Shown here: positions 31,587 through 44,299 of the stretch, piece by piece
Position numbering within the stretch: the stretch's first letter is position 1
Layout of the letters: every line of letters begins with the position of its first letter
Assembly (NCBI GenBank): GCA_013239625.1
Contig: MU056693.1
Span: 372,001-436,000 of the forward strand
Direction: 5' to 3'
Length of the DNA: 64,000 nt
Source of the DNA: Lama guanicoe
Lineage: Eukaryota
Position numbers and translations under genes: made by a program
The notes under the pieces: generated by a model
What the model saw: only the letters and a program-made list of their open reading frames with translations
The model's database searches: none
What the model was told of the DNA's origin: nothing

Positions 31587-34500
31587 TCAGTGCTTGTCAG
31601 TGGGGCGCATGTTCAGAGATGCTAGGCGTCCCAGAGGTCCTCGGCGAGCATTGGTGGCCAGCCGTTGCTGTGCCAGGAACGACTGGGCATGGGCAGGTGC
31701 CTGCTCTTCCCCAGCTCGCTGCTGCAGAGCCATGCCCTGGAGGGAAGGGCATAGTTGGGGTCAGGTGAGCCCACAGGACCCCCCAGTTCTTCAACATGGT
31801 GACAGTGCACTCACCATATTATACCAGGCACTGATGAGCAGCTTTTCTTCCTGCTCCCGCTGACTTCGACTCTTCTCAAAGTCCATCTGCTAATGAGGCA
31901 ATAGTCAAGGGCCTGGATGTGCTGGGAGCAGTGAGAAGGTATAAGGACACTCACCTCTAAGTGCCGGATACGGACATTCCGCTCCTGGATTTGTGTCCTC
32001 AGAGCATGGAGTTCTGGGGGACCCCCCCCAGGCAGCCGCTGCTTGGGTTCCAGGGTCTGTATGACCTAGGGTTTGGAGAAGACACAGTCACAGAGAGCTT
32101 GGCTTCACAGGCCAGGTTGTAGAAGTCTGTGATGTGATAAGGTATGACAGATGTGGGGGTAGGGGGCAGAGAACTGCCACCTGGCAGGAGGTAGGAACCG
32201 ATGGGAGGCAGTAACTTCAGCAGGAGGCCAGTGGGGCACCTAGCATCCTCACCGTGCGTGCCTTGTCCACGTAGCGGCGGTACCGCTCCTCCATGGCCCG
32301 CAAGTCTGCATCCTTCTTCTGCAGGCTGTGCTGCAGCTCCTCAATACGCCGGGCTGCTGGGGGAACAAGGTGGCCCCTCAGCTCCACACCAAGCTCAGGG
32401 CTCCCCCCCCACCCATCCAGCCTCTGAGTCCACTCACTGCTGCTGTCTGCAGGAGGCTCCAGCTCCTCGATGTATTCGCGCTTCCGCTGCAGCTCCAAAT
32501 CCGCCTCGTGCAGCTTCTGCCTGTGGGCAGGGCACGAACAGCTGCAGCCTGACCTCTGGGCCCACTTATCTTCATCTCAGTGGTGGCCGAAGCCTTGCCA
32601 GATGGCCAGAAGTGTCCCTGCAGACCTCTCTGCCTGACTTCAAGCTGGGGGGCTGTGTGCCCTGGCCTCACCATCCCCTCAGTCATCAGAGCCACAACCC
32701 TCCACTCCCCTCTTCAGGTGGTCCCTGGACCAGTCCCTCAATCTGTCCACTTCTCCCCATTCCACAGCCCACACACTGGTCCAGGCACCATCATCCTTCG
32801 CCAGCCTCTTCTTACTCTCAACTCCTCAGTTCCATTCTCGACCCTGCAGCCAAGGATCTTTCTAGAGTGCAAGTCTCTTATAACAAAAGAAAATGCAAGC
32901 TAGTAGTTTACAGTTCTGCCACTGGTGGCAAAACCCTCAAAGATATAACACTCCTTCTAGACGAGACTATTATCATGTGTTGGACGTGGAATGTGGTGTA
33001 ACATCTAATAGCAAACCTTTGGCTATGACTACTAAAACTACAAAAACACGTACCCTCTGAGTCACCCAGTCCATTTTTGTGATATATTTGCACGCAAGTG
33101 AAATGATTCATATACAAGGTTTTACTCTGTTGCATTGTTTGAAATTGCAAATACCTAGAATGAATGACTTGAACACATTATGATATTACAAAAAATGCTA
33201 TAGGCCAGCCCTTCTGGACCAGAATTCTACAGGAGAATTAAAGCCAAATGCCTCCAGGCACCCATCCTCTGTAAGGAAATAACTTTCTGTGCCCTGGGTC
33301 GGCACTAACTACATTCCATCCTTGGCAGAACTGAGAAAAATCATGAAAATAATTTTCTGTAAAGCCTAGTTTCCCTGTGGAACCTCTGTTGACAAAGGCT
33401 GCTATATTTAAAAAAAATAAGGATTCCCTATATTTATTCATATGGAGGAATTTCCCCAGTTATCTTATTAAGTAGGGAAAGCAAAGTGCAAAGTAGCACA
33501 TATTATGCTAACTTTTATATAAATAGGAATAAGAATAAAAACCTATATTCATATTCATTTGCATTTGCTTTGAAAACTCTGGAAAGATTTCCATAATAAA
33601 TAGGAATGGAGTGGAAACTGAGTCAATAAGGGGGGCACTGAGAAGTACACCCTTTCTTCCTGTATAGCTTGGTATAAATTTTGGTATTTAAACTATAAAT
33701 GTGATAGCTATTTAAAAGTTTCTTTTTTAACAATGCAAAAAGTAAATGACTATCAGTTTGTCGCACAACCCTGTTGAATTCCCTCTGTGGCTCCCCAGAG
33801 TTTCTCTCAAGCAGTCCATACTCCTTTCCTTGGTCTATAAGACCCCACTTGATCTGACCCATCTGTCTGTGTTTTGGCTGACTCCCTCATAAACATATTC
33901 CCCATCGACGCCAAATCCATCCCCAAACCTTTGCTTCAGCCTTTTTCCCCACCAGGAGTGCCCTCCCCCTGGGACTTACAGATGTTCCTCCAGCTTCCTC
34001 TTCAGCAGTGTTGACTGGAGGAGAAAAGAGGCACTGGGTGAGTAGGTGGTCCAGAGGTCCAAAACTCTTCCCAGGGTGAGGGTAGGGGGTGTCACCCTGG
34101 GCCCAAGGTACTTACAATGGACTTCACAGGGCATCGGGCAGCAGAGGGGAGAGAGAGGAGGGTTACTGGGGGACACAAGGGAGGGCCAGGCAGGGAGGAG
34201 GTGGGCACTCACGTCCTCAGTCTTGCCCCCCTGCTCTTGCAGGGCCTTCTGCAGGTCCTCCACCTGGGCCCGCAGCTCCGACAGCTGCTGCTGGTTCAGC
34301 CTGCGGGGGTGGGGGGCCCGCTCAGTGCTTGCGCCCGCCCTCAGCCCACATCGGCGGCTCGCTTGGGGCACCGCCAGGTAGGTCCTCACCGGTGCTGCGT
34401 CTCCAGCCCGTGGCGCGCACGGTTGGCCTCCTCCAGGTGGCGCTGCAGCTCCTCCTGCCGCTCCCGATCGGCCGCCTCCTGCTGGCACAGGCGCTTGTTC

Positions 34501-37500
34501 TCCAGCTGAAGCCGCAGGAGTGTCTCCCTGCCGAAAGAGGATGGAGCAGGGCTGGGGATGGGTCACCCCTCAGGCCTTCCCAGGCTCTGGCAGGGTGACT
34601 GGCAGAGGCGGCTAGGAGAGGGACAGAGCCCTGGGGAAGAGCCCAGCCAGACCCTGGGGTAGGATTACAGTACTGGGGGTTGTGCCTAGGGGCAAAGTGG
34701 GCGGAGCCATGAACTGGGTCTAGGAGTAGGGCCAGGCAAGGGCGGGGCTGCAGGAGCGGGTTAGAACACTGAGGTGGGACTGAGGGAAAGCAAGACATTT
34801 CAATAAGTAAAGCTGGAGTGGGAGTTCATGTGGGCAAGGCACAGGGCACTGAACCTAGCACGGAATACACTGAGGACAGGACTGTGTCCTGGGGGCAGAA
34901 CAGATGTGGGTGAGGCTGGGGCAAAAGATTTTTGCCTGGGGAGTGGAGACAGATGGGTTGGACCTAATTTGTGTACTAAGGATGGATCCTGGAGAGGTGA
35001 GCCACCAATAGGGCTAGAGCCCAGGCCATGTAACAGCAGAATGAGGAGTGGGTGAGCCTAGAAGCCTGTTTAGGACTTGGGAACCAGGGCGAGCAGGCCT
35101 GGCTAGTGGTAAGTACCTGCACTGGGGGCGGGGCTGAGGGTGGGCACTGGCAGGCCAGGGGGAGGCCAGAGCTCTGAGTGACCCCAGGATACCTGAGCTC
35201 CGCAGGTAGGATCTCGGCTGCTAAGTTTTCCACAGCTGGTGAGGTGGCGTCCAGTGAGGGGTCTGGAGAATTTAAGAAAAGTCTTCAGGGGGCTGCAGTT
35301 TCTGTCCCCATCCCTAGGGTCCCCTTTTCAAGAAGCATCTTTGGGGGTTCAACTTCAGCCATCAGGGAGCCATGATGCTTGACTTGAATTTGCCTCTGCC
35401 CCACCCAGAACCCTGAAGGACAGCCCTTGCTTTCTGTCAGCCCATGTCACCTCTCCACGCTAACCTCCCTCCAGTGTGGCCGAGTTCTGCCCCCAGCCTA
35501 GACAAACCCTGGGACACTGCCTTTTCTGTCTGTCTCAACAGCACACGAGGCCAGTTAAGTCCCCAGGCCACCCCGCTCTCAGGCCCCCGGGATGGGTCTC
35601 CAACTCACCGGCCTGGGTCAGCCCCCGAGGCTGCATCTGGGCGCAGCGCAGCTCCTCATTGGCCTCCCGCAGGGAGTCCCGCTCTGCCAACAGCCGCTGG
35701 AGAGACAGGGTGCAACAGGCCACTTAAGGCAGGATCGGCCTCCTGTAGAATGGGCTATGCCATGACGGGCAGGGTGGAACTTGGACGATGGGACCTCAGC
35801 CTTACCTCCTTCTCCTTCGTCACCGACTCATACTTTTCCTCCAGATTGCGGCACTCGAATAGCCATTTCTCGGCTTTCATGGCCTCCTCCTGCCGCTGGC
35901 CCTGCAGTTCCTGAACCTGAACAGAGGGGAGGGGAGAGGACAGCAAGGTGGGAAGGAGGGGCAGGTGTACAAGGTGAAAGGATGGGACCAGAGGGACCAG
36001 CTGCAAGGAACTTGGAGGAAGGGGCTTAAGAGAGGGGGCGGGGCTTAAAGGCCTAGAGAGGAGCGGGCCGGCCTCGAGGGTGTGGCCTGTATATAAAAGA
36101 GCGGGCTCTGGGTGGAAGGGCTCAGCACCCAGCCCAGGGTGGGCCAAAGTCAGCGGGACGAGCCAGGAGAAGCCCCCACCCCAGTCCAGGTCCAGGCCCC
36201 TTCTCGCACCTGCCGCCGCTGAGCCTCTAGCTGGGCGCGCAGGGAGCCGGCCCGGCGCAGCTCATCCTCCAGCTGCCGCGTGCGCTCGGCGTGGCCAGCG
36301 TTGCGCTCCTCCAGCTGCCGCACCTGCCGCCGCAACTCCCGCAGCTCGCCCAGGCGGCGCCGGCAGCTGCTCAGCGTAGCCTCCAGCTGCCCAGCACGCT
36401 CTGAGGACTGCCTGGGGACGGGGGCGGGGCGAGTGGGAAGAGGAGGCGGGGGTCTGCGGTCAAGGGTTCAGCTTGGTTGTGAGGTCCTCAGGGAAGGGGA
36501 AGGCGTCATATCAGCCTTGGAGAGTTTGGGTTCAAGATGATAAGGGTCAGGGATCAGCGGGGCCTGGTGGTGTTGGGGGATCATTAGTGAGCATAAAGGG
36601 ACCCCTAAGCATCAATGGTTAGTCCAGGGTCAAAATCAGCGATCCTCAGGGATTGTGGGGACACAAAATGATTGTGGGGTTACAGGGGGAAATGATGGGG
36701 CCCAGAGGGTCTGAGGCGCCCCCATGGACACTTCCAGGTCATGAGGTGGCTGTGGGACCAACAAGAGCATTGTGGGTGCAGGGATGATGGGGGGGGGGAA
36801 TGGGGGGATTTGGGGCAGAGCACTATGGGATTTTTGAAGGTATAGCAGGGGCTCACTAGGCACTTTAACATAACAGGGGTGCTGTGGGGTCACAGGGGAG
36901 CTTTGAGGCTACAGAAGGCACAGTGAGGTTGAGAGCTGGTGCTACGGGAGCCTACCAAGCACTTTGGGGTTGCAGGGATGCTGTGGAGTTGTAAGATAGT
37001 CGTGTGACGGGGGGACAAAGGGGTCAAGGGATCAAGGTTATTGCATTGTGGGATTCTGGAAGGCACCATGGGATCCTGGGGCATGATGGGACCCAGAATG
37101 TTGCAGTGAGGTCTGGGGAGCATTATGGAAAGGGGGCTGGGCATGCTGGCATCACAGGAATGCTATATGGTATGTGGGATAACAGGGGGACACCGTGGGT
37201 TCCCCAAGGGCACCACCATGGATCCAGGGAGTTTGGTGTTTGTCCAAACATGGTGAATTCCAGGATAGTGAAGGGCGGTTCAGGAGGTACTATGGAGACT
37301 AGGGGGCATTATGGGGGCCCACGAGGAATTTGGGGTTACAGAGGTAATGTGGCAGCAGAGGAGCACTCTGGCAATGGAAGTGTGCAGTGAGGACCTGCCA
37401 CTCACCGAAGCTCATCCATTTCATCCTTCAGGGCCTGCGCCTCCTGGGCCAGGCTGGTCAGCGCCTGGTTCCGCTGCTGCAGCTCAGTGACCTCCCGTTC

Positions 37501-40500
37501 CAGCTCGGCACAGTGCAGACGCTCATCCTCCCTGCTGCTCTCCAGCCTGGGGGATGGGGGGAGTGTCACATGAGGGTGCTGTGTCTGCCCCAGTCCCCTG
37601 GCCTGCTGGCCCTGACCCCCCGACCACACCTGAAATTCTCCTCCTGCAGCTGCTCCAGCTGGGACTGCAGCAACAGCAGCTTCTTGGCGGTGAGGCCAGT
37701 GGCACCCTCACCCTCCGACCGGCCCACCCGCTCCCTCAGCAGCGCGTTTTCCTGAGCCAGGCTCTGCTTCTCCTCTGACAGGAGTACCAGCTGTGGGCAG
37801 GGCATACAGATGAGCTGGAGCTGGGAGGTGGGTTTTGCAGGTGAGCCTGTCCAGGAGCACCGATGGACCCCCACCTTGGCCCCACCTGCCGCTCCAGGTC
37901 CAGACAGCGCTGCCGCAGCTCATCCCCCTCGTCAGCCTCCTCACTCAGGAAGTAGTACCTGCGGGACTGATCAGAGGAGTGGAGGGGTGAGGGTGGGGAG
38001 AGGCAAGAAACTCAGGGATCTGGGGGAGGAGCCTGGGGGAAGGGAGGCTGGGTTCTCTAGGGGCAGAGAGAAGGGAGCCAAGATACCCTCATGATCTAAG
38101 AAGAAAGGACTGGGACCCAAGGGGACTGGAGGAAAGGCAATTCGGAACCCTGGGAACCCAGCAAGGGAAGAGGCAAGGACCCTGGGGGATGGGAGTGGTT
38201 TACAGGCTTAAAATCAAGCTTCTCCTCAGGCAACTCTGAAAATTAGTAATAAGTTGGATTTTTAACAAGATCCCACCCCTTACCTGACTATCAAAGTTCC
38301 CATATGTCTCCGATGACAGGGAGTCAGAGGTGTCTTTGGTCATGAGCTAGAGGTGGGTAGGAAGACAATAAGATGAGCAGGCCCCCTGAAGGTAGCCTCC
38401 AAGGCTTCTGTGGTCCAGCCTAAGAACCTCTCCATCCTTTTATTCCCAAAGCCAGTTCTCCCCAATAACCTCAGCCCAGAGGCTGCCCCAAGTGTCCAGC
38501 ACCCAGGGAGGCCTGGTCCTTTAGGCATGCTAGGTTGTGACTTAGAGCTGGGAGGAGCTGGCAGACACATGAGACAGGGAAATCTGGCCAGCTGAGTTCC
38601 AGAGCCTAGACCTTACCAGGGCAGAGCCTGTGCTTGGCTGCCTCTGCCCTAGAGATGTCCCCTCCCCTAAAGCTCCTTGCCACGTTGGGCCCTCCCACCT
38701 ACCTCCTGGATGGCTTCCATCACCACATGCTGAACTGATTCTTCTAGTGTCATGATTCTCTGGATGTGCTCTGGGGATCAAGGTGGGGGAGACTGAGATA
38801 GGGGTGGGGGGCACCAAGATGATTTCCTCAGGTCTTCCCCTGGGGACCCCCTAACCTTCCATACCCTGCTTTTTCTCGCAACTGATGGCACAGCCCAACA
38901 CCAGTTGAAGCAGCTTGCCAAGTTCTTCTGGGTCTGAGAACTCGCCAATGAGGCTCACATCTGGAAGGTGCTGCTCCAAAATGGGATGCCCCAGGACCTG
39001 AGGATGGAGGAAGGAAGGGGTATCAGGGGCTCAGGGACCCCCTACCTTCCAACCCAACCCCCTAAATCCCTTTACATTTACTCACATCCTGGGAGTACTC
39101 TACCAGGCTCTGTAAGATTGTCTTCAGATTGCTGACCTGGGAAGGGGCAAGGAGTTGTGTCCAGGTCCCAAAGGCTCCCAGAAGAGGCCAGGCAGCCCAT
39201 ACCTTGAATGTGTCTACCCCAACCTCTTTCCTCTGCCTCACCTCCCAATCTCTGGTCATCTCATCCTGTTTGGCCCCATTCTCTGTCTGAATGTCCCCTT
39301 TCCTAGGGGTGATCTATCTGGCTGCCTGCCCTTCTTGTCCACCTATCTCAATCACGTGTCCCCAGAATCCAATCATGTCTCACTACCTGCCCCACTACCC
39401 TTTGACCCTAGCCATCATCATCTCTCACCCGGATTATTGCACCAGCCCTGTCTCAGTTTCCACTCTTGCTGCCTACCTTCCATTCCTCTCCAGGCAGCTA
39501 GGGGGAGCTTTTTAAAGCCCAAGCCAGGTTTGCGTCTTTCCTCTACTAAAATCCTTCCTTGACTTTACACAGCCCTTAAAATAGAATCTACCTCCCTGCT
39601 CCAACCTGCAAGGCCCCTGATGATCTCATCTACTATTCCTGCCCCCTTGCTTTCTGTTCAGACCTCCCTTCCATTCCTCGATCACCCGAAGCTTATTCCC
39701 AACTCAGGGCCTTTGCATTTGCTGTTCCCAGCGTCTGGAACACCATTCCTCCAGATCTCACATGGAGATCAGCCCATCTGGAGTCACCACCCATCCAGTC
39801 CCAGTTGCTTTCTCTCATGGCCCAGATTTTATTGTCTTCATAGAACTTATTGCCATTGGAAGTCGATGTTTATGTTTTGTATGCAGGTTTTTGTCTGTGT
39901 TATTCCTTGCTGCAAACTCAGGCCTGCTTAATAGAAACATGAAGGAACAAATACATAGTTGGCTGGTCATCAGACATCTGCCCCTTTTCCTGACACAGGT
40001 CTGTCTGTCCATTACCCAGAACAGGTCTAACTGACCCTTCCCTGATCATCTCATCACCACTCTCTCCCCATTCATGAGTCCACCTGTCACCTTCAGCCTC
40101 CAGTTGGAACCTGGGTCGTCTGAGATGCCCTGGAGCCACGCCTCGTTGAACCAGGAAGGGTCTCTGGGGGCGAGAAGGTGGGATGAGCTGCTGGGGAACC
40201 CTTTTTGGACCCTCCCCCTCAACCCCACTCACATCTGGTTCAGCACATAGGCCACTGCGAGGCCACTGCTCAGGTCCTGGGGGCTGGTACAGGGGGACGG
40301 GACATGGAACGTCTGCAACTGGGGGGGAAAGGAAAGTGCAACAGGTGTAATCAGAGCCTGGGACCACCGAACCACTCCCCTTTTTGCAGACTTTTCCGGT
40401 CAGCAGGAACCTCACGCGGTTAGGTGAAGGCTGGTCTGTTGCGCCAACAAGCCAACTCCGCGAGGGAGTGGCCTCTGCTCACCTGGACTTCCCAAGGGGG

Positions 40501-40884
40501 CGTGGCCTCACTATACCTCTGCTCAACAAACGCCGCGAGACCAGGCCAGGGCAGAACCAGGAGTCACCTGGTCCCCACAGGCACCACATGACCAGGTCAG
40601 CTCACCTGTGCACTCTCCCCACCTGACCCAGCCTAGAAGGGGCGGGGCCTCACCTGTTCTTTCCACGCAAATCTGCCACGTGACAGGACGGGTGCTCAGG
40701 CCAGAGTCCAACAGCCTGGCAGGCCGACGACCCCTTCCTCCTCCCAGCCCCAGGTCCGAGGGGTGGACAGAGCCAAGGTCGGGGCTCCCGGGAGAGAAGA
40801 GAGGGCGTACACCTGTCCCTAGCCCCACCCCTGACCTACCCAGGTGAGCAGAGACCCGCATAGCTCGGCCTTGTCCACGCTCAT
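31587..40884 (-). CDS. HOOK2: Protein Hook homolog 2 (dynein/microtubule adaptor), 717 aa (719 aa with microexon)
   Basis: 22 exons: 40840-40884, 40233-40318, 40091-40163, 39086-39136, 38865-38997, 38703-38770, 38284-38346, 37886-37966, 37630-37790, 37406-37546, 36210-36411, 35806-35916, 35609-35696, 35193-35262, 34390-34527, 34213-34300, 33980-34014, 32438-32520, 32253-32356, 31955-32065, 31815-31886, 31587-31736, total 2154 nt. Protein runs MSVDKAELCGSLLTW...RPTDKH*. AATAAA (minus) at 31302-31307. Confidence 0.97.
33000..33740 (+). mobile_element. Old L1 (L1M-type) 3' fragment
   Basis: AT-rich island with L1 3'-end-like motifs ('atatacaaggttttactctgttgcattgtttgaaattgcaaa', 'ttattaagtagggaaagcaaagtgca'). 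Confidence 0.55.
34116..34121 (-). CDS. HOOK2: 6-nt HOOK2 alternative microexon (TCCATT, Ser-Ile)
   Basis: Minus strand ...tgctgcccgatgccctgtgaag|TCCATT|gtaagt, lying between phase-0 exons ending KTED and starting STLLKRK. Confidence 0.8.
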
Positions 40885-41100
40885 GGCTCCCGATCGGATT
40901 CGACCACGGCCGCGGAGCCTCGCCACCGCAGCCGCGTCCAGATCCGCCACCAGCGAGCGCCCGCAGCCCCGACCTCCCGCTCGGCCTAGAGCGCCGCCCC
41001 GCCCCCTAGGCGCAGGCCCCGCCCTGGGCACGTGATCTACTCTTGGCGCCGGCTCAGGCCTTCAGTCCCGCCATCTTGGATCCGGGAAGCAGTTGGGCGC
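40885..41100 (-). promoter_or_regulatory. HOOK2: HOOK2 CpG-island promoter
   Basis: CpG-rich with GC boxes, E-box CACGTG near 41029, and YY1 motif CGCCATCTTG near 41069. Confidence 0.7.
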
Positions 41101-41620
41101 CGGCCCTGCCGCTAGGGGTCAGTCTGGGCCAGCCTTGCGCATTCCAAGGGTGGCCCTGCCGCCCCTCCTTGTCCGGCTCTTTTGAGGGTAGCGGAGACCT
41201 CACCATTATTCCTCACCATCTGAGGCGGAGATGCTCCACCCTATTATACAGGCGCATTCTCTTCCCTTCCCTTCAGCAGAAAGTCCGCTGTCTAGCCACA
41301 TTATGATCGAAGCCTTTATCTGCACGGGGGAGGAGCAGGCCATAACATATACTATGGACTTGGAGGCGGAGGATACTAAAGGGGTCTTCCTGGTGGATGA
41401 TTTGATAGTCTTGTCCCGAGAGTGGACAAGGAGATTACGGGTGTGGTTCTAAGACGAGGGCACGATGGGTCAGCCAGACATATGTCCTGAGTAATTAGAC
41501 AATTTGGATAGCCTGGATGTGTCTCACACTGAGCCTTCCCTGCACTTTCCCCTCCCCGAGCCCTGCGTCGGTTTCCTCCTGCCTCAGAATCCAGAACCAG
41601 GCCGCCCTGGTCGCCACGGC

Positions 41621-41634
41621 CCACCAGGGGGCGC
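41621..41634 (+). promoter_or_regulatory. CTCF motif (forward)
   Basis: CCACCAGGGGGCGC, an essentially consensus CTCF core. Confidence 0.7.
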
Positions 41635-44299
41635 CCAGACCGAAGGAACGCAGCCTACAGGGAAAAGGATGGGCCCACTCTGAGACCCCGTCTGGGCAGC
41701 AGAGGGGGCGTAAAAGAAAGTGATAACAATACTAGTTAATAAAATCGCACTCACCATTTATAGAGTGCCTAGTATGCAGTCTCTTCGCTAAGCAATTTAA
41801 ATATATAGATGGTTGAAATCTACCCGACTCTAGGTGGGAAGTGCTCTTTTTATTGCCGGTTCGCGGGCGAGGAAACAGAGGTTCTGGGTGGATCCCACTT
41901 TAGGGGAGGGGGTAAAGCCTCAGCCTGCGCCTTCTGACGCCTGAGTTCCCCGGCAGCCCCTCCCTCGCGGGACGGGCGAGGTAATGAGCAGTAATTAGAG
42001 GTTATTAGCTGTACCCAGGGGGAGGGGCGGGCTCTGTTTTGGAGGTGGGTCTAGGTCTGAGGGGAGAGGAGCTGCTCACTCCAACCCCGACTCTGGCTCC
42101 GGCGACCCTGCCCCGAGAGGGTTGGGCTGGATGACAACAGCTCCCACCACTCCCCACCCCCGCACATCCCGCTGCATCGCAGGAATACAATCACTAGCAC
42201 CAGACACCAGGTTACAGCCCACTCAGACGCGCAAACCGCACGCACGCAGCAGGGGCCTTGGAGGCTCGTCTACACACCCACATCCCCTTCCCGAGTTGTT
42301 TTCAGCCTCCATCCCCTGGGAGCAGAATAGGGGGGAGTAGGGAGGAAGGGGACAAGGGCCGGTAGTGCCGGCTTCCGGACTGGACTGCTTTCCGGCGGGC
42401 GTGGGAACAACCGCCGCTGGTCCCCTATTCCCTCACCCACCAAGGAGAGGGTGCTGCCAATAGGGGGAACTGGGGCCACCCTGCCACCAGGTAGAAGTGG
42501 AAGGTGAGCCAGAACTAAGGCTGTTACAAGGATGGGAGGTTGGGAATATTTCTGAGAGGGTCTAGTTGCCCAATGTTGGGGGACATGCTGGGACCGCCAA
42601 ATATTTGGAGTGGGGTTCCCAATATTTGCAAAACCCACAGAGATCTTGATGTTTAGGAGGAACTAAAATATCTGGAGCATGGAGTTGAACTGTCTTAACG
42701 TTACCCTGATATTATAGGTGTTATTAATGTTCAAGGACCCAAAAGTCCCCAGATTTAAGGGAAGGTCTGGGTGCCCTCACTTTGGGGGAGGAGCCAGAAA
42801 CCTCCATTTGGGGTGGCAGGGAATCTGATTTTGCAGGGAAGGGGGCTCCCTACGTTGCCAGGGAAGAGCAGCAATCCCTATTATGGGACTCCGGAAACCC
42901 CACTGTTGGGCGATACTTGTGTCTTCAACAATGAGAGGTATCACAAACCCTCATTTTGAATCAGGGATCCTTTATTTAGGGGGAGGATTCAAACCCCATT
43001 TTTCGTGGAGGGAACCCCAAAGCTTAGGGTATGATCTGGGGGCCTCCATTAAGGACAGAGAGTGCGGGTCTGGGCCAGCAGCCCCCAGCTGGTTTGGGGA
43101 CCCCACCCCCTCCTGTTGGTTTCCAGGAACAGCTGGGCCCAGCCTGGGCTGTACTGCTGGGAAGCGAGTGACTCAGCCCCTCCCTGTGGCTACAGCTGGA
43201 CCCCCGCCCGCCCCCTCTGGCCTTCACATCTGGACAGACACCCAGTCATGAGAGCTGGGATGGGGACCCTGGGTTCACATATTGGGAGATAGTGCCCCTC
43301 CCCCCAGGGCTGACCACAGCCTCACGGAGGACACCAGGCCCTATACCATGAGGAACTCTGACAGGCTGTGCCCTCCAGACACTGACATTCTGCCAGGACT
43401 CTCATCCTGACCCCCTCCCCATGTCTGTGTATATGTCTCTGAGTCCATGTAAAGTGTGTTCACATTTATGTAGGTGTGAGACGGTGGGTCTGTGATTGTG
43501 TGTGCACAGGCCTGTGTGTCTGCATCTACCTGTGTCTTTGTGTGTCTTGGGGCCCTGGGAATTTATGCAACAGGCTGTCTGTGATTTGGTGATTTGGGTG
43601 CTGTCAGGGCCTAGGGCACATGCTTCTCTTTATGGGACCTTGCTTTGTGTCTCTCTCCCTGTGTCATTGTTTGTGTGAGAAGTGAATGTATGACAGTCAG
43701 TACCTCAACCTGGCTTTAGGTAGTGTTTCAATGTGACCGTGTCCTACTTTCTCTCCATCATGTATCTTTCTGTGAAAGTGTGACCCTGTCATGTGTGCCC
43801 TTCGTTTGTCCATGTTCCCAAGACAATCTGGTGTCCCTGGGTGTGGACTTGTGGTGTCTGTGACCCTACTTTACTTCACGTGCCCTATTTGTCCCTGTGA
43901 CAGCATGACCACTGTGTCTATCTCCCTGCTGTGTCTCTGTGCCTCTACAATCTCCATGTGAGAGGAGTGGCTGTGTGATAGCTGGAGTCCTGATGTCCAA
44001 GACTTTTATCTGTTTGTGTCTTACTTCGTGTCTTACTTTTATCTGTGTGCACCTTGATGTTGTGGCTTTATAGGAGTGTCTGTATATGCCACCTATCTGT
44101 GTATGACGATGGCCCCGTGTCCCCACCAGAAATGGTATGTGATAGATGTACCTGTGTGTCGTGTGTGACAGCATGACCCTGCCCGCGTTCGCTGGGGGGT
44201 TGGTTGGACTAGTGAAGGTTTGTGCCAACGTGTGGCAGGTGTATCCTGTGTCCGCGTGACACTGTGGATCAGAGAGTTTGTGACCTTGGGGAGGTGTCA

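Noticed and set aside
35183-35192. HOOK2 intron 14 donor GTATCCTG resembles a U12 5' splice site
   Set aside because: It has G at +8, and the 3' end has a normal pyrimidine tract with no CCTTAAC-type branch site, so it is treated as U2.
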